Assembly (NCBI GenBank): GCA_030390025.1
Contig: CM059432.1
Location: 30,630,001-30,694,000 of the forward strand
Reading direction: 5' to 3'
DNA from: Squalus acanthias
Taxonomy: Eukaryota
Length of the DNA stretch: 64,000 bases
Shown: in pieces, positions 1 to 9,529 of the stretch
Layout of the letters: each line of letters opens with the position of its first letter
Position numbering within the stretch: position 1 is the first letter of the stretch
Notes under the pieces: generated by a model
What the model was told of the DNA's origin: nothing
The model's database searches: none
What the model saw: only the letters and a program-made list of their open reading frames with translations
Program-made: the position numbers and the translations under genes

Positions 1-1060
1 ATCCCTTGCAAGTTTTTTCATATTCCTTTCTACATCTCTTATTACTTTCTTTGTATCCCTTTATTGCTTTTCAAAGCTCTCCCAGTCCACTGGATTTCTA
101 CTTTTCCTTGCATTCGTGCCTTATCGATATCCCTTTCCAGTTCTCTTTGGTCTTCTACATTCACTGCATTTCCTCCATTTACCATGTCTGTTGCCTTCTC
201 AAAGAATTCTATTTGGTTTGAAAGCATAATTGTCCCTTTTGAACTCCGTCCTGGTTACTTCTAATTATTTTCTCTTTATCTAGTTATCAATATTGACCCT
301 CTGCCTATTTTCTTAACTTTTCTATTCCTCCTAAATATAGTATATCTCCATATGTTCACTTTCTGCTCTTATCCAGTTTGCAGCCAGATTTCTTTATTGC
401 TATTTAGTCTAGATCTTCCTGTAAAATAATTGCTTTCAGTCCCCCAGTTTATTCTCCACACTCTGTGCATTGCAATAATTGCACTTTAACTATCTACTAC
501 CTTTCCCATGATTTCTTTTTGTCTGAACCAATCTATTTGATTTCATCCATTTGCTCCATATCTCTTTTGCTAAATATGTTCTGCATTATTATTATGCTCA
601 TCTATTTCTCCCTTCACCATTAACTAATCCTGGTTAGTTTTATTTTCCTACCCTCCCATCCCCCATCTCCCACAATCACTACCCTGTTTAACCACTTTGT
701 CAGCATATTAGCTTCCGTCTGATCAGATGTAGCTCGTCTTTGCGTAATAGCTCCCCTCTGTCCCAGAACTTGTGCCGATGCCCAACAAAGTGGAATCCCT
801 TTTCCTGACACCACACCTTTAGCCATGCATTGATTTCCCTCATCTTCCTGTCCATCCCAGCATGGCTGGGTAAGTAATTCTGAGATTATCACCATGAAGG
901 CCTGCTTCCTGATCTCCTAAATTCATCTTTCAAGTTTTTAGACCTTTCTTTACCTAACTTGTTACCTCCCAGGTGGACCATGATGACTGGTTGCTCTCCC
1001 TCCCCTTGCACAATTCTTTCCAGTGTACGCGATGTGTCCCTTACCCTAGCACCTAGGAAG
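1..1060 (-). mobile_element. Highly decayed CR1 LINE fragment (ORF1 esterase and RT remnants)
   Basis: Minus-strand peptides IEFFEKATDMVNGGNAVNV and VIISELLTQPCW resemble LEFFEEVT..VD.G..VDV and VIISGLLPEPRA in the intact CR1 copies of this window. Confidence 0.55.
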
Positions 1061-1064
1061 TAAC

Positions 1065-2560
1065 TTTTTTTTTATTTGTTCATGGGATGTGGGTGTCGCT
1101 GGCAAGCCCAGCATTTATTGCCCATCCCTAGTTGCCCTTCAGAAGGTGGTGGGGAACCGCCACCTTGAACTGCTGCAGTCTGTGTGGTGAAGGTACTACT
1201 ATAGTACTGTTAGGGAGAGAGTCCCAGGATTTTGACCCAGTGACTATGAAGGAACGGCGATATACGTCCAAGTCAGGATGGTGTGTGACTTGGAGGGGAA
1301 CTTCCAGATGATGGTATTCCCATGCACCTGCTGCCCTTGTCCTTCTAGGTGGTAGAGGTCGCTGGTTTGGGATGTGCCGAAAAGCCTTGGTGAGTTGCTG
1401 CAGTGCATCTTGTAGATGGTACACACTGCAGCCATGGTACGCCGGTGGTGGAGGGAGTGAATGTTTAAGGTGGTGGATGGGGTGCCAATCAAGCAGGCTG
1501 CTTTGTCTTGGATGGTGTCGAGCTTCTTGAGTGTTGTTGGAACTGCACTCATCCAGGCAAATGGAGAGTATTTCATCACATTCCTGACTTGTGCCTTGTA
1601 AATGGTGGAAAGGCTTTGGGGAGTCAGGAGGTGAGACACTTGCCACAGAATACCCAGCCTCTGACCTGCTCTTGTTGCCACAGTATTTATGTGCCTGGTC
1701 CAGTTAAGTTTCTGGCCAATGGTGACCCCCACCCAGGATGTTGATGGTGGGGGATTCAGCGATGGTAAAGCCGTTGAATGTCAAGGGGCAGTGGTTAGAC
1801 GCTCGCTTGTTGGAGATAGTCATTGCCTGGCCCTTGTGTGGCGTGAATGTTACCTGCCACTTATTAGCCCAAGCTTGAATGTTGTCCAGGTCTTGCTGCA
1901 TGCAGGCATGGACTGCTTCATTATCTGAGGAGTTGTGAATGGCACTGAACATTGTGCAATCATCAGCAAACATCCCCACTTCTGACCTTATGATGGAGGG
2001 AAGATCATTGATGAAGCAGCTGAAGATGGTTGGGCCTAGGACACTGCCCGGAGGAACTCCTGCAGCAATGTCCTGAGGCTGTGTTGATTGACCTCCAACC
2101 ACCACAACCTTCTTCCTTTGTGCTAGGTATGACTCAAGCCAGTGGAGTGTTTCCCAACCGCCCCCCCCCCCCCACCCCCGATTCCCATTGACTTCAGTTT
2201 TACTAGGGCACCTTGATGTCACACTTGGTCAAATGCTGCCTTGATGTCAAGGGCAGTCACTCTCACCTCACCTCTGGAATTCAGCTCTTTTGTCCATGTT
2301 TGGACCGAGGCTGTAATGAGGTCTGGAGCCGAGTGGTCCTGGTGGAACCCAAACTGGGCATCAGTGAGCAGGTTATTGGTGAGTAAGTGCTGCTTGATAG
2401 CACTGTTGATGACACTGTCCATCACTTTGCTGATGATTGAGAGTAGACTGATGGGGCAGTAATTGGCCAAATTGGATTTGTCCTGCTTTTTGTGGACAGG
2501 ACATACCTGGGCAGTTTTCCACATTATCGAATAGATGCCAGTGTTATAGCTGTACTAGAA
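1065..2560 (-). mobile_element. 5'-truncated LINE-B (CR1/L2-group non-LTR retrotransposon) with frameshifted RT and 3' tail
   Basis: RT motifs NYCPISLLS, QFGF, ALDIKAAFDQV, GVPPGSVLGP and FADD are split over ORFs 2219-2524, 1704-2222 and 1244-1732. Tail GGGATGGGCAATAAATGCTGG followed by a poly(A) at ~1065-1130. Confidence 0.9.
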
Positions 2561-2583
2561 CAACATATCATTGTGACTAATAC

Positions 2584-3245
2584 AAAAAGAAAATACTGCA
2601 GATGCTGGAAATCTGAAATAAAAACAGAAAATGCTGGAGATACTCAGCAGGTCAGGCAGCATCTGTGAAGAGAGAAACAGAGTTAATGTTTCAGGTCGAT
2701 GACCTTTTATCAGAACTGGAAAAATGCAGGAAATGGAACAGATTTTTAAGCAAGTGTAGGGGCCGGGAAAGGGGGAGGGGATGAACAGACAAAAGGGAAG
2801 GTCTGTGATAGGATAGAAGGCAGGAGAAGTTAAGAGACATTAAGAGATATTCAAGGCAAAAGGAGATGGTAATGGGACAGGTTAAAAAACAAAGGATGGC
2901 TCTAGATGAAGTGTAAATTGCACTGGCAGAATGAAAGATAGCTGCCATGTGGGAGAGAAGAAAAGACACAAACAAAAGGTGTGGATAAAAAATATATATA
3001 TGATAGGAGCCGACGTTATGATCTGAAATTGTTGAACTCTATGTTGAGTCCAGAAGGCTGTAAAATGCCTAATCAAAAGATGAGGTGCTGTTCCTCGAGC
3101 TTACACTGAGCTTCATTGGAACAGTGTAAGAGGCCGAGGACGGTGAGGTCTGAGTGGGAGTGGAGCAGTGAATTAAAGTGACAGGCGACCGGAAGCTCGG
3201 GGTCCCCCTTACGGACTGAACGGAGGTGTTCCGCAAAGCGGAAAG
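2584..3245 (-). mobile_element. Penelope-like element 3' fragment (GIY-YIG endonuclease C-terminus plus pLTR terminus)
   Basis: ORF 3073-3264 RFAEHLRSVRKGDPELPVACHFNS..HSHSDLTVLGL...KLEEQHLIF matches the C-terminal part of PLE GIY-YIG domains. It is followed by a hammerhead-like motif. Confidence 0.85.
2681..2717 (-). ncRNA. Degenerate minimal hammerhead ribozyme in a Penelope terminus
   Basis: Minus strand reads AGTT-CTGATAA-A-AGGTC-ATC-GACCT-GAAA-CATT-AACT. Stem I (AGTT/AACT) and stem II (AGGTC/GACCT) are intact. The core differs from CTGATGA, and ACAT replaces the expected ACGT palindrome. Confidence 0.55.
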
Positions 3246-3492
3246 ATTGGGTGACCGTAGGCATCGGAAAATACGGGCCAATAAATTAACTCTTGAAAAT
3301 CATTGTTAGACGGCCTCAACCTCGTTAACTGTTAACAACTTATTGATTGCATGCTTTGACAGTTGGTTGGAGGGAGTTCACGCCTAATTCTGGGTAAACG
3401 AGGACACAGTGGTCTGTGTAAGATAATGGCTGGTTGAAGCTAGACAGAGTGGAGCCAATGAGTTTTGGCTGGTGCAGAGACATGCATGCACA

Positions 3493-3964
3493 ACAGAAAG
3501 AAAGACTTGCATTTATATAGCGCCTTTCATGACCACTAGACATCTCAAAGCACTATTGCAGCCAATGAAGTACTTTTGAAGTGGAGTCACTGTTGTAATG
3601 TGGAAAATGCGGCAGCCAAATTGCGCACAGCAAGCTCCCACAAACAGCAATGTGATAATGACCAGATAATCTGTTATTGTTATGTTGGTTGAGGGATAAA
3701 TATTGGCCAGGACACCAGGGATAACTCCCCTGCTCTTCTTCGAAATAGTGCCTTGGGATCTTTTATGTCCACCTGAGAGAGCAGACGGGGCCTCGATTTA
3801 ACGTCTCATTCAAAAGACGGCACCTCCGACAGCGCAGCACTCCCTCAGCACTGCACTGGAGTGTCAGCCTAGCTTTATGTGCTCAAGTCCCTGGAGTGGC
3901 ACTTGAACCCACAACCTTCTGACTCAGAGGTGAGTGCGCTACCAACTGAGTTACAGCTGACACA
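3493..3964 (-). mobile_element. Full-length tRNA-derived SINE family A (DeuSINE/SacSINE1-like)
   Basis: Minus-strand head has A box TAACTCAGTTGG and B box GGTTCAAGTGCC. Tail AGGCGCTATATAAATGCAAGT. Many copies in the window. Confidence 0.85.
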
Positions 3965-4214
3965 CAGAGCCATAAGGAAAGGGATATAAATGAAAGCTCT
4001 CACGACTATCTCTCTTTATATACCTTGCTGACATAAAGCAGTTTCAGCTCGTCAGTCAGCCCTCAACTACACAGTATCTAATTAACACATGGCCAATGAC
4101 CTGCTTATAGTTGACTGACAGTTAACTGCCAACCGACTTAAACAAATTACAGTAAGTAAATTGTTTCTAAGTTTAAAAAATGCTTAGAACAATAGGGAAA
4201 ATAGTTAGAATATA

Positions 4215-4815
4215 TACCTCATCCATGCCTTTGTTACCTCTAGATTCAACTATTCCAATGCTCTACTGGCCGACCTCCCACCTTGCACACTTCATAAACT
4301 TGAGCTCATCCAAAGCTCTGCTGCCTGAATCCTGATTTGCACCAAGTCCCATTCACCCATCACCCCTGTGCTCGCTGACCTACAATGGATCCCAGTCCAG
4401 CAATGCCTCGAAATTAAAATTCTCATCCTTGTGTTGAAATTGCTCCGTGGCCTTGCCCCTCCCTATCTCTGTAACCTCCTCCAGTCCTACAACCATCAGA
4501 GATCTCAGCGCTCCTCCAATTCTGGTCTCTTGCGCATCCCCGATTTTCATCGCTCCACCATTGGCGGCAGTGATTTCAGCTGTTTAGGCCCTAAGCTCTG
4601 GATTTCCCTCCCTAAACCTCTCTGACTCTTTGCCTCTCTCTCTCCTCCTTTAGGATGCTCCTTAAAACCTACCTCTTTGACCAAGTTTTTGGTCACTGGT
4701 CCTAATATCTCCTTATGTGGCTTGGCGTCAACTTTTGTTTGATAAAGCTCCTGTGAAGCGTCTTGGGATGTATTATTATGTTAAAGGTGCTATATAAATG
4801 CAAGTTGTTGTTATT
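4215..4815 (+). mobile_element. L2 LINE 3' fragment
   Basis: Encodes LIHAFVTSRF.YSNALL and ITPVLADLQWIPV...KILILV, typical of the L2 ORF2 C-terminus. Ends AAAGGTGCTATATAAATGCAAG(TTG)n. Confidence 0.85.
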
Positions 4816-4965
4816 GCTGTATTACAGATCAAGTAAAAGTTACATAAAAGGATAGAAGGCAAAGAAAATGTTATAGTTAGACGCTGGACTTTACCCAAAA
4901 GGTCTCCTGATCGGCTGCGATAACTTCAGTGGAAGATCGGTGTGCCCAGACAAACCACATAAACC

Positions 4966-5050
4966 TGTCCTAATATCTCCTTATATGGCTCGGTGTCTGC
5001 TCCTGTGATGCGCCTTGGGACATTTTACTACGCAAGTTGTTGTTGTTGTT
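4966..5050 (+). mobile_element. Short L2 3'-tail fragment
   Basis: GTCCTAATATCTCCTTAT..GCTCCTGTGA..CTTGGGA..GCAAG(TTG)n repeats 4699-4812 with deletions. Confidence 0.6.
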
Positions 5051-5068
5051 GAAAAGTCTGATTTGATA

Positions 5069-5219
5069 ACAGAAATTGCTGGAAATACACAAGCAGATCT
5101 TTTCGCATCCAGGAAAAGGAATTGCAGGTTAATATTTTGGAACATTGACATAACATTAGCCTGTCCTTTCTCTTTTCAAATGCTGACAAGCCTGCTGAAT
5201 ATTTCCGAGCATTTTCTGT
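5069..5219. repeat. Old inverted pair of Penelope termini (family seen at 2584-2720)
   Basis: Left arm ACAGAAATTGCTGGAAATA...GGTTAATAT, right arm AACATTAGCC...TATTTCCGAGCATTTTCTGT. Both resemble 2623-2690. Confidence 0.5.
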
Positions 5220-5599
5220 CAATTGAAAAATTGGCTTGATAATCGAAAACAGAATGTAAAGACAAATAAAAAAAGCATTGGAATGGGATTGGAGGTCAGT
5301 GACTGGCTGAGTTCCATAGTGGTTAATTATGGGTCTCTTGCTATTCATACATTGTCTGACAAATATAGAGCAGGATATTTCCAGCAATAGTACAAATTGT
5401 GCTGGTGGCAGTAACTTAACTGGCCTGGTGACAAGGGGAAAGAAGACTGCTCGTATTCGAAGGAATTTGGACCAAAGAAAACATGGGCTAAGGAATAGTA
5501 AATTAAAAAGTTAATTCAAAACATATTCTAAAAATGTTTCAGAGAGTGATAAATGTTAGGAATAATCTATTAGGCAGGTTAATGGAGACAAAGAAGTCC

Positions 5600-8026
5600 T
5601 GAGCAGCGGGAGAGCAGGATAATGCCCGGAGCAGCGGGAGAGCGGGAGAAGCCCGGAGGAGCGGGAGAGTGGGAGAAGCCCGGAGGAGCGGGAGAGTGGG
5701 AGGAGCCCGGAGGAGCGGGAGAGCGGGAGGAGCCCGGAGTAGCGGGAGAGTGGGAGGAGCCCGGAGCAGCAGGAGAGCGGGAGCAGCGGGAGAGCGGGAG
5801 AGCAGGAGAGCGGGAGAGCGGGAGCAGCGGGAGAGCGGGAGAGCGGGAGAGCGGGAGAGCGGGAGAGTGGGAGAGTGGAAGAAGCCCGGAGCAGCGGGAG
5901 AGCGGGAGAGCAGGAGAAGCCCAGAGCAGCGGGAGAGCGGGAGAGCGGGAGAGCGGGAGAGCGGGAGAGAGGGAGAGCGGGAGAGCGGGAGGAGCCCGGA
6001 TCAGCGGGAGAGCGGGAGAGCGGGAGAGCGGGAGAGCGGGAGCAGCGGGAGAGCGGGAGCAGCGGGAGAGCGGGAGAGCGGGAGCAGCGGGAGAGCGGGA
6101 GAGCGGGAGCAGCGGGAGAGCGGGAGCAGCGGGAGAGCGGGAGAGCGGGAGAGTGGGAGAGCGGGAGAGCGGGAAGAGCCCGGAGCAACGGGAGAGCGGG
6201 AGCAGCAGGAGAGCGGGAGAGCGGGAGCAGCGGGAGAGCGGGAGAGCGGGAGAGCGGGAGAGCGGGAGCAGCGGGAGAGCGGGAGAGCGGGAGCAGCGGG
6301 AGAGCGGGAGAGCGGGAGCAGCGGGAGAGCGGGAGCAGCGGGAGAGCGGGAGAGTGGGAGAGCGGGAGAGCGGGAGAGCAGGAGCAGCGGGAGAGTGGGA
6401 GAGCGGGAGAGCGGGAAGAGCCCGGAGCAGCGGGAGAGCGGGAGCAGCAGGAGAGCGGGAGAGCGGGAGCAGCGGGAGAGCGGGAGCAGCAGGAGAGCGG
6501 GAGAGCGGGAGCAGCGGGAGAGCGGGAGAGCGGGAGAGCGGGAGAGCGGGAGAGCGGGAGAGCGGGAGAGCGGGAGAGCGGGAGAGCGGGAGAGCGGGAG
6601 AGCGGGAGAGCGGGAGAGCGGGAGAGCGGGAGAGCGGGAGAGCGGGAGAGCGGGAGAGCGGGAGAGCAGGAGCAGCGGAAGAGTGGGAGAGCGGGAGAGC
6701 GGGAGAGCAGGAGCAGCGGGAGAGCGGGAGAGCGGGAGAGCAGGAGCAGCGGAAGAGTGGGAGAGCGGGAGAGCGGGAGAGCAGGAGCAGCGGGAGAGCG
6801 GGAGAGCGGGAGCAGCGGAAGAGTGGGAGAGCGGGTGAGCGGGAGAGCGGGAGCAGCGGGTGAGCGGGAGAGCGGGAGCAGCGGGAGAGCGGGAGAGCGG
6901 GAGAGCGGGAGAGCGGGAGAGCAGGAGCAGCGGAAGAGTGGGAGAGCGGGAGAGCGGGAGAGCGAGAGAGCAGGAGCAGCGGGAGAGTGGGAGAGCGGGA
7001 AGAGCCCGGAGCAGCAGGAGAGCGGGAGCAGCGGGAGAGCGGGAGAGCGGGAGCAGCGGGAGAGCGGGAGAGCGGGGCAGCGGGTGAGCGGGAGAGCGGG
7101 AGAGCGGGAGCAGCGGGAGAGCGGGAGAGCGGGAGAGCGGGAGCAGCGGGAGAGCGGGAGAGCGGGAGCAGCGGGAGAGCGGGAGAGCGGGAGAGCGGGA
7201 GAGCGGGGCAGCGGGTGAGCGGGAGCAGCGGGAGCAGCGGGTGAGCGGGAGAGCGGGAGAGCGGGAGAGCGGGAGAGCAGGAGCAGCGGAAGAGTGGGAG
7301 AGCGGGAGAGCGGGAGAGCAGGAGCAGCGGGAGAGTGGGAGAGCGGGAAGAGCCCGGAGCAGCGGGAGAGCGGGAGCAGCGGGAGAGCGGGAGAGCGGGC
7401 AGCGGGTGAGCGGGAGAGCGGGAGAGCGGGAGCAGCGGGAGAGCGGGTGAGCGGGAGAGCGGGGCAGCGGGAGAGCGGGAGAGTGGGAGCAGCGGGTGAG
7501 CGGGAGCAGCGGGTGAGCGGGAGAGCGGGTGAGCGGGTGAGCGGGTGAGCGGGAGAGCGGGTGAGCAGGAGCAGCGGGAGAGCGGGAGAGCGGGTGAGCG
7601 GGAGAGCGGGAGCAGCGGGAGAGCGGGAGAGCGGGAGAGCGGGAGAGCGGGAGAGCGGGAGAGCGGGAGCAGCGGGAGAGCGGGAGAGCGGGAGAGCGGG
7701 AGAGCGGGAGAGCAGGAGCAGCGGAAGAGTGGGAGAGCGGGAGAGCGGGAGAGCGGGAGAGCAGGAGCAGCGGGAGAGCGGGAGCAGCGGAAGAGTGGGA
7801 GAGCGGGAGAGCGGGAGAGCGGGAGAGCAGGAGCAGCGGAAGAGTGGGAGAGCGGGAGAGCGGGAGAGTGGGAGAGCAGGAGCAGCGGGAGAGCGGGAGA
7901 GCGGGAGCAGCGGAAGAGTGGGAGAGCGGGTGAGCGGGAGAGCGGGAGCAGCGGGTGAGCGGGAGAGCGGGAGCAGCGGGAGAGCGGGAGAGCGGGAGAG
8001 CGGGAGAGCGGGAGAGCAGGAGCAGC

Positions 8027-8059
<33 letters not shown>

Positions 8060-9480
8060 AGAGAGCAGGAGCAGCGGGAGAGTGGGAGAGCGGGAAGAGC
8101 CCGGAGCAGCGGGAGAGCGGGAGCAGTGGGAGAGCGGGAGAGCGGGAGCAGCGGGAGAGCGGGGCAGCGGGTGAGCGGGAGAGCGGGAGAGCGGGAGCAG
8201 CGGGAGAGCGGGAGAGCGGGAGAGCGGGAGCAGCGGGAGAGCGGGAGAGCGGGAGAGCGGGTGAGCGGGAGAGCGGGAGAGCGGGGCAGCGGGTGAGCGG
8301 GAGCAGCGGGAGCAGCGGGTGAGCGGGAGAGCGGGAGAGCGGGAGAGCGGGAGAGCGGGAGAGCAGGAGCAGCGGAAGAGTGGGAGAGCGGGAGAGCGGG
8401 AGAGCAGGAGCAGCGGGAGAGTGGGAGAGCGGGAAGAGCCCGGAGCAGCGGGAGAGCGGGAGCAGCGGGAGAGCGGGAGAGCGGGGCAGCGGGTGAGCGG
8501 GAGAGCGGGAGAGCGGGAGCTGCGGGAGAGCGGGTGAGCGGGAGAGCGGGGCAGCGGGAGAGCGGGAGAGTGGGAGCAGCGGGAGAGCGGGAGAGCGGGA
8601 GAGCGGGAGAGCAGGAGAGCGGGAGAGCGGGAGAGCGGGAGAGTGGGAGAGCAGGAGAGCGGGAGAGCGGGAGAGCGGGAGAGCGAGAGAGCAGGAGCAG
8701 CGGGAGAGTGGGAGAGCGGGAAGAGCCCGGAGCAGCGGGAGAGCGGGAGCAGCGGGAGAGCGGGAGAGCGGGAGCAGCGGGAGAGCGGGAGAGCGGGGCA
8801 GCGGGTGAGCGGGAGAGCGGGAGAGCGGGAGCAGCGGGAGAGCGGGAGAGCGGGAGCAGCGGGAGAGCGGGAGAGCGGGAGAGCGGGAGCAGCGGGAGAG
8901 CGGGAGAGCGGGAGAGCGGGTGAGCGGGAGAGCGGGGCAGCGGGGCAGCGGGTGAGCGGGAGCAGCGGGAGCAGCGGGTGAGCGGGAGAGCGGGAGAGCG
9001 GGAGAGCGGGAGAGCAGGAGCAGCGGAAGAGTGGGAGAGCGGGAGAGCGGGAGAGCAGGAGCAGCGGGAGAGTGGGAGAGCGGGAAGAGCCCGGAGCAGC
9101 GGGAGAGCGGGAGCAGCGGGAGAGCGGGAGAGCGGGCAGCGGGTGAGCGGGAGAGCGGGAGAGCGGGAGCAGCGGGAGAGCGGGAGCAGCGGGAGAGCGG
9201 GTGAGCGGGAGAGCGGGGCAGCGGGAGAGCGGGAGAGTGGGAGCAGCGGGTGAGCGGGAGCAGCGGGTGAGCGGGAGAGCGGGTGAGCGGGTGAGCGGGT
9301 GAGCGGGAGAGCGGGTGAGCAGGAGCAGCGGGAGAGCGGGAGAGCGGGTGAGCGGGAGAGCGGGAGCAGCGGGAGAGCGGGAGAGCGGGAGAGCGGGAGA
9401 GCGGGAGGAGCCCGGAGTAGCGGGAGAGCGGGAGAGCGGGAGGAGCCCGGAGTAGCGGGAAGCGGGAGAGCGGGAGCAGC
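5600..9480 (+). repeat. G-rich satellite of GCGGGAGA 8-mers and GCGGGAGCA 9-mers, with 27-bp units at the ends
   Basis: Directly visible tandem array of ~3.9 kb that is almost free of T on the + strand. Confidence 0.98.
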
Positions 9481-9529
9481 GCTGGTCCTGTGAGGGGGGA
9501 AAAAAATAAAATCTAAGTGTGACGTCACA

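Noticed and set aside
3890..3964. tRNA gene
   Set aside because: The A/B boxes are the head of a SINE and continue into SINE body; no complete cloverleaf is evident. The same applies at ~29710-29785, ~38123 and ~56120.
3304..4144. Possible solo LTR or inverted-repeat element (TGTTAG...TAAACA) surrounding the SINE
   Set aside because: The terminal inverted similarity is loose and I found no TSD, so it is not supportable as a feature.
5556..9528. Long ORFs on both strands (e.g. 1175 aa at 6001-9528, 447 aa at 5875-7218)
   Set aside because: Translations of a satellite whose composition rarely forms stop codons. Several frames are open at once and no domain is present.
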